A stretch of 64,000 nucleotides of DNA from a phage. The stretch is from sequence record PZ496580.1; one strand, given 5' to 3'. Positions within the stretch are counted from its first letter, which is position 1, and each line of letters opens with the position of its first letter. Shown here in pieces: positions 27,864-37,342 of the stretch. Both the position numbers and the translations under genes were made by a program. The notes under the pieces were generated by a model. That model was not told the DNA's origin, did no database searches, and worked only from the letters and a program-made list of their open reading frames with translations.

Positions 27864-27871
27864 CTCATTAA

Positions 27872-28900
27872 TTAAAATTTACAATATTTCATAAACCGCA
27901 TTTTAGCCATCAGACCTTGTACGGTGTTCTCTTTGATGTATTCCATGATCTGGTCGCGTGTAGCGCCCTCGTCCTGAATCATGGCGTTAACGTCTTTAGA
28001 ATGCCACGGGCAACGATCCCACAAAACAATCTTTTCCCCTGCATTGATAAACTTTTCCAGTCGGTGCATTGTATCGGCTGACCGTGGTTCCGCATCAAGT
28101 ACAAACACTCGCTGGTCTGGGAAAGGGATTTCATCTAATCCCAAAGTACCGCCAGTAATTGCACACCCGTTATCAATAAACAATGAATCGATCGGACCTT
28201 CTAAGAAATACACTGGCTTACTCGGATCGGCGCGTTCAAGACCATAGACCTTACTCGCTAACTCATGAGTTTTAATCGTCATATATTTGGTCTTTCCGTA
28301 ATCCTTTCTCAATGCTCTCCCCTGAATGGATTCTATCTTGTTCTCGCGGTTAAAGATAGGAATCACTAAACGCGGTTCAGGTTGTGGATTCTTGAAAGTA
28401 TCAGCTTTAATATGATTTGCTACCTTTTGCCATTCTCTCGTGAAATACAGAAGATCCCATTTATCGTGGGGAATGCAACGATCACTGACATACTTTATTA
28501 TAGGATGATTAGCCGGAAGAGTATCTAATCTCTCGCAGAAAGGCAATGTTTGCACTTTCTTAATCTCCGGCTTTTCTACCTTTTTCAGTGGCTTGAACGT
28601 GGTGTTCTTGTGGTCGCCTTGTTCCTTCCGTCGTTCCATAAGCCATTCCCTGAATAGGTCCGGCTTATATTGTTTAAGAAATTCACCTAACGGCTGATTG
28701 TAGTTACAGTTGAAACACCCGGCTCGCAAACTATCCTTATAGGTATAGATACGGAATCGCGCTTGAGTATGATTTTTCTTTGAGTCACCGCAGATCGGAC
28801 AACTACAGACCAGCGTAAATGAGCTAGTATGCAACCGTTTAAAATTTCGTTCGCCGTATATGGCTTTTTCCGCTATTTCATAATCTGCGTAGTAAATCAT
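27872..28900 (-). CDS. 61: DNA primase gp61 (342 aa)
   Basis: Same length as T4 gp61; N-terminal zinc ribbon CSCPICGDSKK...CFNC and TOPRIM-like core. Confidence 0.85.
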   Translation of the reverse strand: MIYYADYEIAEKAIYGERNFKRLHTSSFTLVCSCPICGDSKKNHTQARFRIYTYKDSLRAGCFNCNYNQPLGEFLKQYKPDLFREWLMERRKEQGDHKNTTFKPLKKVEKPEIKKVQTLPFCERLDTLPANHPIIKYVSDRCIPHDKWDLLYFTREWQKVANHIKADTFKNPQPEPRLVIPIFNRENKIESIQGRALRKDYGKTKYMTIKTHELASKVYGLERADPSKPVYFLEGPIDSLFIDNGCAITGGTLGLDEIPFPDQRVFVLDAEPRSADTMHRLEKFINAGEKIVLWDRCPWHSKDVNAMIQDEGATRDQIMEYIKENTVQGLMAKMRFMKYCKF

Positions 28901-28909
28901 AATAACCTC

Positions 28910-29113
28910 TTATATCTCAAATTTCATGAAAGTTCCTACACTTTCATTTTCATTCTCTCCGTTCTCATCTAAGCCAAATTTGTAGACACTACCATCTGGC
29001 GATGTGTAAGAGAATACACGAAAACGGCCTACCGGGTCAAGTTCTGTAAATTCATATTCTTTTCCGGCTTCAAACAGTGCATATGTGCTTTTAAGACATT
29101 TCATCGTAATCAT
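28910..29113 (-). CDS. Hypothetical protein (67 aa)
   Basis: ORF downstream of 61. Confidence 0.5.
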   Translation of the reverse strand: MITMKCLKSTYALFEAGKEYEFTELDPVGRFRVFSYTSPDGSVYKFGLDENGENENESVGTFMKFEI

Positions 29114-29253
29114 TTAAGCGCCACCGACAACAGAATGAGAACTACACCAACATACATTGTGATCTCGGATAACTTTTCTGTTTTTGTTTTGTGTCCAGAT
29201 AATCCGAAAACAACAACACCGATAATAGCGGACAGCAAGCCAACGATAAACAT
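29110..29253 (-). CDS. Small two-TM membrane protein (47 aa)
   Basis: Not in ORF track. ATGA overlap with the downstream ORF; MFIVGLLSAIIGVVVFGLSGHKTKTEKLSEITMYVGVVLILLSVALK. Confidence 0.45.
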   Translation of the reverse strand: MFIVGLLSAIIGVVVFGLSGHKTKTEKLSEITMYVGVVLILLSVALK

Positions 29254-29260
29254 GATGATA

Positions 29261-29437
29261 CTAAGCACCGTCTTTCTCCTTTTTGCGTTTTTCTTTACCC
29301 GCTACACTAGGTCCACGATTGGTAATAGATCCGCTCGTTTCACCTGCTGCGATCTTCTCAGGATTGCCGCCAGCATCGCCAGCGGTCATATCTTCTTTGA
29401 GTTTATTTTCTTCAACAAACTGTTTAAAGCCAATCAT
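29261..29437 (-). CDS. Small hypothetical protein (58 aa)
   Basis: Not in ORF track. ATG overlaps the stop of the upstream ORF (TCAT at 29434-29437). Confidence 0.35.
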   Translation of the reverse strand: MIGFKQFVEENKLKEDMTAGDAGGNPEKIAAGETSGSITNRGPSVAGKEKRKKEKDGA

Positions 29438-29808
29438 AGAATAATCTCTTTCAGTAAGTCAACAATCTGGTCTTTCGTCAGTTTATCCTGATTCTCTACA
29501 ATCTTGATAACACAAGCGTTAACATCTTTTCGAGTCACGCGGGAGATCGTTTTAATACGGTTAAACGGTTCGTAGAAATACACTGCTTCATTATAGAGAG
29601 CGGATACTTTACGACGCATTTGATCTTTATCTGACAAGAAAACAAGTGCTGTTTTATGATCTACACCCGCCACGTTATATAGTTCAGCAACACCCCAGCG
29701 ACCTTCCGGTTCAATCATTCCGGCGTGTTTACCGTCGATAAAAATAAGAATATCTCCGTTGAATGCGGTTTTGAATGCTACATCTTCCGGCGTAATCATA
29801 TTTTTCAT
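29434..29808 (-). CDS. Hypothetical protein (124 aa)
   Basis: ORF with SD AGGAGACTATATT before ATG. Confidence 0.5.
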   Translation of the reverse strand: MKNMITPEDVAFKTAFNGDILIFIDGKHAGMIEPEGRWGVAELYNVAGVDHKTALVFLSDKDQMRRKVSALYNEAVYFYEPFNRIKTISRVTRKDVNACVIKIVENQDKLTKDQIVDLLKEIIL

Positions 29809-29838
29809 AATATAGTCTCCTTAGAGTTTCAATATAGG

Positions 29839-30474
29839 TCAGGCGAACGTAGAAAGCAAATGTTTCGTTTCTTTCAGTTGTCGTTCAAGATCTTTTCGTT
29901 TCTCTTTAAGTTGCATTTTAGCATTATTTCGCTGTTTTTCAACATCTTTATCAATATGCTTAGTCCAATTATCAATATCAGAATAAGTTGGCATACCCAA
30001 TTCTAGACCTAATGCGGTTGGATACAGGGTAACAGTCCATAGACCGCTAATCTTCTTAAACAGGTCTGGGTTTAGTGTACTACCTACATCTTCCGGTGTC
30101 AACTCTTTTTCTTCTTTCAGTGGTGGGATCTCGTCATATGGTTCCAGTGCATTTACTTTAATATCAGATACCTCATCAAAGAATCCGCGTACATCCGCAG
30201 GAAATACACAAGCAATTTCCCAACCGTGATCACGCAGAGAAGTAATATTTTTCACTCCCCCACCATGTGTGATGATTGATGTGACATTGCCATCAAGGTC
30301 CACCGAATTTACGAGAAATGGCTTATCGTCTGTCAGATCATTATAAAACTGTGCTTCGGCTGTAGTCATCTCCAGAAACAGATCTCGGATCGGACGACCA
30401 TCAGGTGCGTTACCTTCCTTGAGAGTATAAAAACGACTTACGATCCATTTTGGCGGTAAAGCATTAGCGATCAT
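29839..30474 (-). CDS. Hypothetical protein (211 aa)
   Basis: ORF between 41 and 61. Confidence 0.5.
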   Translation of the reverse strand: MIANALPPKWIVSRFYTLKEGNAPDGRPIRDLFLEMTTAEAQFYNDLTDDKPFLVNSVDLDGNVTSIITHGGGVKNITSLRDHGWEIACVFPADVRGFFDEVSDIKVNALEPYDEIPPLKEEKELTPEDVGSTLNPDLFKKISGLWTVTLYPTALGLELGMPTYSDIDNWTKHIDKDVEKQRNNAKMQLKEKRKDLERQLKETKHLLSTFA

Positions 30475-30524
30475 GTTATATCTCCTATCAAATCATTCAC
30501 CAGCGCCCCGCAGGGCGCATTTTA

Positions 30525-31937
30525 TTAGAAAGTCATGTTATTTGCTAGCTCGTCGAGTTTTTCTCGTTTCTCGGCTTGCTGTGCGCTTTGTGGTTTAACT
30601 TGTGCATTCTCCTGATCTGCGATCTGGTTTGGTACTTCATACCAACGCTGATTGCCTTTCTTCACACCAACGTTAAACCGTGAATAATAGTTCTTATCAC
30701 CGTAACGAGACTTGATCTGCTTCATGAGTTGAACGCCCATTTTAGCAAGGTCTTCGGTCTCGATAACACCCAACATAAAATCGGCTGTAGCCGGAAGACC
30801 TGCTGATTCAGCGGTATCACTCATGTTAAGGTCTGACGCATCCCAACCCGCGCGGGTAGTCTGTGCCGCAGTCCAACCAACAACATCCCACTTAACAAAA
30901 AAACCTCGCAGTTCTTCCGCAATCGCCTTAACTAGTGTGTAACTATTTTCAGAGTATACACGCAAGCGAGACGATGCGCAAATCCCCAGATAGTCAACAA
31001 TCACAACATCAGGTTTAAACTGTTTCTTGAGTCGCAATTCATTCATTAACGCCTCAAAGTGATTGGAGTTCGCGCCACCAGTCGGATACTGCTTGATCAT
31101 CAATTTTCCAACCGGACGATCTCCGATCTTCTTATTCTTAACACGCTTCATACGTGCGGAATATTCCGCAAAAGAAACATTACCATTATCCAATTCATCT
31201 AATGTAATGTCAAGCAAGTTTGCGTCGATACGTTTGGCTACGACATGCTCTGCCATCTCCATTGAGATATACAATACATCATAACCACATTCCATATAAT
31301 CCGCAGCAAGAGAACACAATCCAAGCGATTTACCAACATTTACACCAGCAAGCAACACATTTAGCGTTTTTCTTTCCGCACCTCCTTTCGTGATTTTATT
31401 CAACATCGGCAGCTTAAACGGGATCTTATTCGCCTTAGTCTGATATAGCAAGAATCGTTTTTCAAAGTCATTAAACCAGTCATGACCTACATCAGAATCA
31501 AACGTAATGGATAGTGCTTCCTGCATGATCTCAGGAATAGCTCCCTCGCCAGGCAATTTCTTATTCTGTTTCTCTTTTGGTAGTTGTGCGTTCGCCTGAA
31601 TCTCTAGCGCCCGTGACATTGCGTTATACATGGCACGGTCACGAATAAATTTTTCGGTTTCCTTCATTAACCAATCAAGGTCTTCCGGTGTATTCTCCAG
31701 CGAATCGAGAAGAGTTTTAGCCCCTTCATATGTTGTCTGATTGCCTCTCTCCTTGTCTAAAGCAATCTGTAATGCAGTTGGCGTAGGAATGTTGGAATAT
31801 TCGTCTACGTGCTTTTTAATCAGCTTATAAATCAGTTTTTCTTCGTCTTCGGTGAAGTAGTCCGCTTTAAGGTGAGGCCATACATTCGTAAAGAATGCGC
31901 CATTGTAAATCAACTGTGAAAAGATAGTTTTAATCAT
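30525..31937 (-). CDS. 41: Replicative DNA helicase gp41 (DnaB-like, 470 aa)
   Basis: Walker A LAGVNVGKS and RecA-like core; size close to T4 gp41 (475 aa); synteny 61-41-uvsX. Confidence 0.9.
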   Translation of the reverse strand: MIKTIFSQLIYNGAFFTNVWPHLKADYFTEDEEKLIYKLIKKHVDEYSNIPTPTALQIALDKERGNQTTYEGAKTLLDSLENTPEDLDWLMKETEKFIRDRAMYNAMSRALEIQANAQLPKEKQNKKLPGEGAIPEIMQEALSITFDSDVGHDWFNDFEKRFLLYQTKANKIPFKLPMLNKITKGGAERKTLNVLLAGVNVGKSLGLCSLAADYMECGYDVLYISMEMAEHVVAKRIDANLLDITLDELDNGNVSFAEYSARMKRVKNKKIGDRPVGKLMIKQYPTGGANSNHFEALMNELRLKKQFKPDVVIVDYLGICASSRLRVYSENSYTLVKAIAEELRGFFVKWDVVGWTAAQTTRAGWDASDLNMSDTAESAGLPATADFMLGVIETEDLAKMGVQLMKQIKSRYGDKNYYSRFNVGVKKGNQRWYEVPNQIADQENAQVKPQSAQQAEKREKLDELANNMTF

Positions 31938-32251
31938 ACATAGCCCCCAACTACACGCATAACAAAGGTCTTGAGTTTATACCAGAAAGTTTCTTTTTTC
32001 AACTTTTCTTCTGCTTCTTTGATCTGCGCGGTTAACGCCTTAATGACGTGAGGATATACCACATCACGATCTGACGGCGTGGAGTAGTCGACCACAATAC
32101 CTTTAGTGTCTGGATCGTATTCAACATTATGAATATAGACAATATGATGTTCTCCCTCTTCATCAACAATTATCAATTCCTGAATAACTGTCTTCATTGC
32201 TTCTTGAATCAAGCTGTGTGCTTCTTCTAAACTTGTTGGTTTCTTATCCAT
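31934..32251 (-). CDS. Hypothetical protein (105 aa) in the position of T4 gene 40
   Basis: Lies between 41 and uvsX as gene 40 does in T4; hydrophobic C-terminus. Positional only. Confidence 0.4.
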   Translation of the reverse strand: MDKKPTSLEEAHSLIQEAMKTVIQELIIVDEEGEHHIVYIHNVEYDPDTKGIVVDYSTPSDRDVVYPHVIKALTAQIKEAEEKLKKETFWYKLKTFVMRVVGGYV

Positions 32252-32306
32252 AATATAATCCTCTCTAGATATGAAAAAGGGGCACGTAGCCCCTTTACTA
32301 CCATTG

Positions 32307-33377
32307 TTATGCTAACATATCTTCGATTTCTTTGTCAACTGCTTCGTCGCTGATCACTTGCCCCAGCTTATAATGATCGTTGATTGCTTCGTTAAACTTA
32401 TCGTTTGTCAGAAGTGGTTTCCAGAACTCAATGCTATTGGTTTCTTTAGCACGGAACTTGCGTTCTTCGGTTTCCATCTCTCCGGTCTCAGTATTCAGGA
32501 TTGAACGAGAATACCAACCGTTTGACGGTTTCACTACCCAGCCTAACTCTACAGCCAACTCCAGCAAACCGGAATAAGGATCGATGCCACCGCTAAATGT
32601 TACGCTAATCGGGAACTTAGATTTTTCTTTAACGGTTCGTGATTTTTCCGCATTCAGGATAAAATCATAACCAGTAATTTCGGTTCCTTCTTTCTGCTGA
32701 CGACGACCAATAATGAAAACTTCATTGGCTGAATACATCGCGCCCGTGCCGCCGGACATAACGGTCTTACTAAACATTTCTTGCGTTTCGTAAGTGTGGT
32801 TAATAGCGATGCACGGGATATCATTCATAGTCAGATACGGCGTAACCATACGGAACAAGCCTTTAAGTGCTTTAGCTCGCGTCATATCCTGTGCGGATTT
32901 CTCATTAATCGCGTCTTCAACTTCTTTTTTACTTGCTAAGTTACCGATTGAGTCAATAAAGATGATCACTTTATCTTCACGGGTAATTTGCTCAAGCTGG
33001 TTCATGATTTCAAATTTAAGTTCTTCGATGTTCTTGATTGGAACATGCACCACGCGATCAGGATCTACACCCATAGATTCAAGATAAGCAGACGTAATAC
33101 CGAACTCAGAATCAAAGAACAAGCAAGCCGCATCTGGATTCTGTTTCATGTATGCACTAACGCAAGTTAATCCCATGTTTGATTTAAAGTGCTTAGACGG
33201 ACCAGCAAAGAAAATCAGACCAGATTGAAAGCCTTTTTTAAGATCACCGGAAAACGCAATATTCAGCATCGGGATCTTAGTGCGAGTATTTGTTTTTTCG
33301 TTAAAGAAGCTGGATTTAGACAGTACCGCAGTAGTTTTCAGGGTAGAGTTCTTTTTCAGTTTTTCCAGTACAGACAT
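32307..33377 (-). CDS. uvsX: UvsX recombinase (RecA-like, 356 aa)
   Basis: Extensive identity to remembered T4 UvsX (AGPSKHFKSN, FFDSEFGIT, IAINHTYETQEMFSKTVM, KSRTVKEKSKF). Confidence 0.95.
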   Translation of the reverse strand: MSVLEKLKKNSTLKTTAVLSKSSFFNEKTNTRTKIPMLNIAFSGDLKKGFQSGLIFFAGPSKHFKSNMGLTCVSAYMKQNPDAACLFFDSEFGITSAYLESMGVDPDRVVHVPIKNIEELKFEIMNQLEQITREDKVIIFIDSIGNLASKKEVEDAINEKSAQDMTRAKALKGLFRMVTPYLTMNDIPCIAINHTYETQEMFSKTVMSGGTGAMYSANEVFIIGRRQQKEGTEITGYDFILNAEKSRTVKEKSKFPISVTFSGGIDPYSGLLELAVELGWVVKPSNGWYSRSILNTETGEMETEERKFRAKETNSIEFWKPLLTNDKFNEAINDHYKLGQVISDEAVDKEIEDMLA

Positions 33378-33388
33378 TATTAATACCT

Positions 33389-33577
33389 CTATTCAGTTAA
33401 TCCGTAATACTTTAATTGCTTCATTGTTATTCGATCTTTGTAGTGCTCTTGAATTAACTTTTTCATCGCATCAACATCGATCGTCACAAATACTTCGTTG
33501 CTGTGATTTCCGTGAACTTTCTTGAAATGCTCTATGCCTTCCTCACGTTCACGTTTAATCTTTTCAATGTCTCTCAT
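33389..33577 (-). CDS. Hypothetical protein (62 aa from ATG at 33577; track start 33616 is GTG)
   Basis: Promoter at 33622..33649 puts the transcript start near 33615, favouring the internal ATG. Confidence 0.45.
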   Translation of the reverse strand: MRDIEKIKREREEGIEHFKKVHGNHSNEVFVTIDVDAMKKLIQEHYKDRITMKQLKYYGLTE

Positions 33578-33621
33578 AGTATATTTCTCACGTTGGCGGG
33601 TATCGTCACCCAACACCCGCC

Positions 33622-33649
33622 ATTATACACACTTTATCTTAAATGTCAA
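33622..33649 (-). promoter_or_regulatory. sigma70-type promoter (TTGACA-N16-TATAAT) at the 3' end of gene 43
   Basis: Plus tgtcaa at 33644-33649 and attata at 33622-33627. Confidence 0.5.
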
Positions 33650-36317
33650 ACAGGTCAGTAAGCGATGCAACTTTTTCGTATTGCAGCTTTGCAGCCGTGG
33701 TAATGTTCTCCAGTGGTTTGACGAAAGTCTTATTGAACAACAAAGGCCAGTCCAACCACTTCAACACCTCTGATTCAATTTCTGGCGGAATACGAGTACC
33801 GGACAACCAACCAAAACAGATTTCTCCAAACGGATTTCGATCTTTAAGCGGTACAATCATAACCTTCTCGCCTTCACGAATCGGATCTAGTCCGAATTTT
33901 CTGGCATTACGATTATAACACAATACACTCTTAACCGCATACGGACAACCCTTAATCGGATACCCGTTTGAATCGCTGTATTTCTGTAGGTTGTTTGCAG
34001 ATGATACAGCAGCAACCTCAAGATAATCAAGTTTTCTAAATTCTTGCTCAAAAATACCGTAGTATTCCTGCAATGACTCTTCCCCTTCCTGCAACATACG
34101 GCGAATACATTCTTTCAGTGATTTCTGACATGCTTTAGGGGTAGAGCTACGTTGCGTTTCCAAGCCCATGATTTTTAGCTTAGGTTCAGCAAAGCGTGTT
34201 CCTTCCATATCCCAAACATTAAGAGCATAACGCTTTTTACCAGTCCAGAATCCACCGATACCCGCAGATTTCAACGGAGGACCAGCAATTGCCTCACGGT
34301 CCATAAACATCAAGTGCTCATAGTTGTTCATGTACTCGCATAACTCGCGATATCCTTTGTCGATAATCGGTTCCATTCGATGTTTACCGAAATTATCAAG
34401 GAAGTCAACAAGTTTTTCGGTATCGTCGAAACGATCTTCCCCGCCAACCTTATCAACAACATTGTTAACCAGCACATAAACGGAGTCAGTATCACAATAA
34501 CGAACATATGCAAAATCGGTTGTTCCGCAAAGCTCGTTTAAGTATTCGTTAATCTTACGTTCAATCCACTGAATTGCAAGCTGACCGAACAGTGTGATCG
34601 CACTAGCGTTACGGAGATCATAAAAACGGAATTTAGGATTCCCCAACGCACCATAGAGGGAGTTGATCAAAACTTTTCGAGAAAGCTGGTTTGTATTGCA
34701 CAAGATCGACTCGTCTTTACATTCTTCCAGCAATTTCTCTAAGGCATCTTTACTTAATTCAGAAAGCATCGATTTAAACGCTTCATCGAAGTCGTGACGC
34801 ACTTCAACGCTATAGCTAATGGTTCCCCCATAAACATGATTTTCATCGTGTAGAATCGCTTTACAGAGTTCAGCATTGCGATCACACGCCAACATCATGT
34901 TTTTGTACTGCTTACGCTGATCGAATACCTTTTTAATCTCAATCGGTACGATACCATGAATATCTTTTCGATACATCCACCCGTTAGGCGAGCAAGAATA
35001 CTCATCACTCGGACGTGGTGCAGTTTTATTGATATACTCGTGCATCGGTGCAGCATCAAAAGATCCAGCGATTGTTTCAGGCGAAATATTAACCTGTCGA
35101 ATAATAGATGGGTACAGACTTGTTAAGTCAAAGCTCATCATCCAACGGTAAGCATTCGGCACAGGTTCTTTTACAAATGCGCCCGGATACGTCTGCTTAG
35201 GCTGTATCTTATTTTCCGGTACTACTTTACCCTCAGCTTTCAGAGATCCGAAGATAATAGCATCCCATACTTTCATCGGGTTATAAACATGGTTAAATTT
35301 AATCTTTGCATAGAAACATAGGCTATACACCAGATCAATAAAGCCACGCTTTTTATCAATCGCCAGCACACGGTCAACGTCGCCGATGTTATAATCGATG
35401 TAAAGTTGATGGTTATCATCACGCAATTTCTTTAACGGACCATCATAATCAACCTTACCGATTCCTGTCTCATATTCAGCAACATAATCTAACGCATATG
35501 TTGGTTGAGTCGTAAAGCTAAATTTCTTGTACAAGTCAATGTAATCAAGGCTTTCGATCCCCATGATCGTAAATGCTTCACGCTCGTTGCCAAAATCATC
35601 CTGTGAGATTCGGGATTTAATCTTACCGCACGGGCTTAGACGGTTAGCGGTTCTACTTCCGAACTTATTACTGATACGTTTAATGATATATGGAATATCG
35701 AATGTTTCTGTGTTCCAGCCAGTGAAACCAACTGGTCGGTTTTCCTCAAAGAATCGGATGTATTCTAACAGCAATTCATCTTCTGTGTCATAGACGTTAT
35801 AAACAACGCGCTCTACAATATCAGGTCGAAGAATAGACTTGCTTGATTCCCAGATTTCACCGTTTTTTCCTTTCAAATCAAATACAAAGAAACGATCATG
35901 TACGGAATCATAATGCGTAATTGCATCGATGGGATATTTCGCTTCTTCTGGTTTAGGAAATTCCGGGGCAGTGACCTCAATATCAACCCATGCTACACGG
36001 ATTTTATTTCGGTCATATCGAATCTCGCCTTTATACGTATCGGACAGATAGGAGATGATAAAATCATCCATCCCTAATGCCTCTTGCCCCATTTCTCCCA
36101 TCTTTTTACGCCATTTGTTGGCCTCGTTCATAGATGGGAATTTTTTAGCAATGCAAGGCTTGCCATAGATATCTTTATAATTCGTAACCATACTCGGTGC
36201 GGCATGATGAAATAAAGTTGGCGTATATTCAACGTAACGCTCTTGTTCTTGTCCAGCATCATCAATATAACGCTCGTAGATCTTATCACCCACTCGCTCA
36301 CATGACAGAAAATACAT
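33639..36317 (-). CDS. 43: DNA polymerase gp43 (family B, 892 aa from ATG at 36317)
   Basis: Near-collinear identity to remembered T4 gp43 (YGDTDS, DFxSLYPSII, KxxxNSxYG). ATG at 36317 preceded by AGGAG; track start 36347 is GTG. Confidence 0.95.
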   Translation of the reverse strand: MYFLSCERVGDKIYERYIDDAGQEQERYVEYTPTLFHHAAPSMVTNYKDIYGKPCIAKKFPSMNEANKWRKKMGEMGQEALGMDDFIISYLSDTYKGEIRYDRNKIRVAWVDIEVTAPEFPKPEEAKYPIDAITHYDSVHDRFFVFDLKGKNGEIWESSKSILRPDIVERVVYNVYDTEDELLLEYIRFFEENRPVGFTGWNTETFDIPYIIKRISNKFGSRTANRLSPCGKIKSRISQDDFGNEREAFTIMGIESLDYIDLYKKFSFTTQPTYALDYVAEYETGIGKVDYDGPLKKLRDDNHQLYIDYNIGDVDRVLAIDKKRGFIDLVYSLCFYAKIKFNHVYNPMKVWDAIIFGSLKAEGKVVPENKIQPKQTYPGAFVKEPVPNAYRWMMSFDLTSLYPSIIRQVNISPETIAGSFDAAPMHEYINKTAPRPSDEYSCSPNGWMYRKDIHGIVPIEIKKVFDQRKQYKNMMLACDRNAELCKAILHDENHVYGGTISYSVEVRHDFDEAFKSMLSELSKDALEKLLEECKDESILCNTNQLSRKVLINSLYGALGNPKFRFYDLRNASAITLFGQLAIQWIERKINEYLNELCGTTDFAYVRYCDTDSVYVLVNNVVDKVGGEDRFDDTEKLVDFLDNFGKHRMEPIIDKGYRELCEYMNNYEHLMFMDREAIAGPPLKSAGIGGFWTGKKRYALNVWDMEGTRFAEPKLKIMGLETQRSSTPKACQKSLKECIRRMLQEGEESLQEYYGIFEQEFRKLDYLEVAAVSSANNLQKYSDSNGYPIKGCPYAVKSVLCYNRNARKFGLDPIREGEKVMIVPLKDRNPFGEICFGWLSGTRIPPEIESEVLKWLDWPLLFNKTFVKPLENITTAAKLQYEKVASLTDLFDI

Positions 36318-36349
36318 AATATAAACTCCTTCACTTACGAAAGACACTC

Positions 36350-36378
36350 ATTATAGGGGAATCGACTTAGTTTGTCAA
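36350..36378 (-). promoter_or_regulatory. sigma70 consensus promoter (TTGACA-N17-TATAAT) for gene 43
   Basis: Perfect -35 and -10 hexamers, about 26 nt 5'UTR to the gp43 ATG. Confidence 0.65.
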
Positions 36379-36399
36379 TACCCCTATCCCATCAGTATC

Positions 36400-36762
36400 T
36401 TAGCGTCCGATCTGATACTTTTCGATCAGTGTCCATTCTTCTTTCTGTTTGAAAGACAGTACACGGAAATTATTAACTTCGGTAGTTTCAAAATCACTAT
36501 CAATCAGGGTACACAGATTCCACTGCGCAAGAAGTTTTGCAATGTTATTACGGCGTAATTCATCTTCCCACGTCATTTTAACACTACGACCATCTAATTT
36601 CAACAACTCCTTGAAATGAACGATGTAATAGCGCCCCTTCTTCTGGAGAATATGACAAGACTGATACAGTGTCTTGTCTCGATTGTTGGTAATGCCGCAG
36701 CGGGTTAAAGTCTCCTTAATTTTAAGGAAGTTTTCAGGATTAATCAAATTAATTTCAATCAT
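36400..36762 (-). CDS. regA: Translational repressor RegA (120 aa)
   Basis: MIEINLINPENFLKIKETLTRCGI...LYQSCHILQKKGRYYIVHFKE is near-identical to remembered T4 RegA. Confidence 0.95.
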   Translation of the reverse strand: MIEINLINPENFLKIKETLTRCGITNNRDKTLYQSCHILQKKGRYYIVHFKELLKLDGRSVKMTWEDELRRNNIAKLLAQWNLCTLIDSDFETTEVNNFRVLSFKQKEEWTLIEKYQIGR

Positions 36763-36763
36763 T

Positions 36764-37342
36764 TTACCACCTTTCTATAATCTTTTTAAGTCGTTTCCTT
36801 TCTGTCTGATTCTTAGTAACACCCGCCAAAAGTTCATCGGTCGCATACGGTTTAATGTGCTTCAATAACTTGTCCATATATCCCTTTTCATTAGCCAAAT
36901 CGAGATAAAACCGGGCGTCATCCATATTTACACAATATGCTTTCGCCACTGCCATTAAAACCAATTTTTGGTCCAATTCTTCTGTTAGCTTAGCCCATTT
37001 ACCGTATCGTTTCCCCTTAGAAATACTCTGTAAGAGATAATCAAAATGCATTTGATCTGGGAGGCCATGACCGATTAAATTCATCACATACGCGCTATAT
37101 AGGCAATCTGCGTGCTGGGAAAGAGCGGTGTTAATCCATCTCTGATTGTATGCAGAATTGTTCCCAACATTAACGCGCTGTTTATCTAAGGTGATATGAT
37201 CCATCAGAGCAAACAATGCATTGTCGGTTTTCTCGGTGAATGTGTCCGCTAATTCAGACACCTTTTCCCAATCACGAGAGCGCCATGCAATTTCATGCTC
37301 GTTTAATTGTGTATCATCTTCACCGAAAAATTGACCTAACAT
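36764..37342 (-). CDS. 62: Clamp loader small subunit gp62 (192 aa)
   Basis: QLNEHEIAW...KGKRYGKWAKL matches remembered T4 gp62. Confidence 0.9.
   Translation of the reverse strand: MLGQFFGEDDTQLNEHEIAWRSRDWEKVSELADTFTEKTDNALFALMDHITLDKQRVNVGNNSAYNQRWINTALSQHADCLYSAYVMNLIGHGLPDQMHFDYLLQSISKGKRYGKWAKLTEELDQKLVLMAVAKAYCVNMDDARFYLDLANEKGYMDKLLKHIKPYATDELLAGVTKNQTERKRLKKIIERW

Noticed and set aside
33639-36347. Track-proposed extended starts (GTG/TTG) for gp43 and for ORFs at 22977-23231, 23152-23892, 47436-47741, 57024-57512, 57522-57815
   Set aside because: Internal ATG codons with good Shine-Dalgarno sequences give products matching T4 homologue N-termini and lengths; the extensions overlap upstream genes or promoters.
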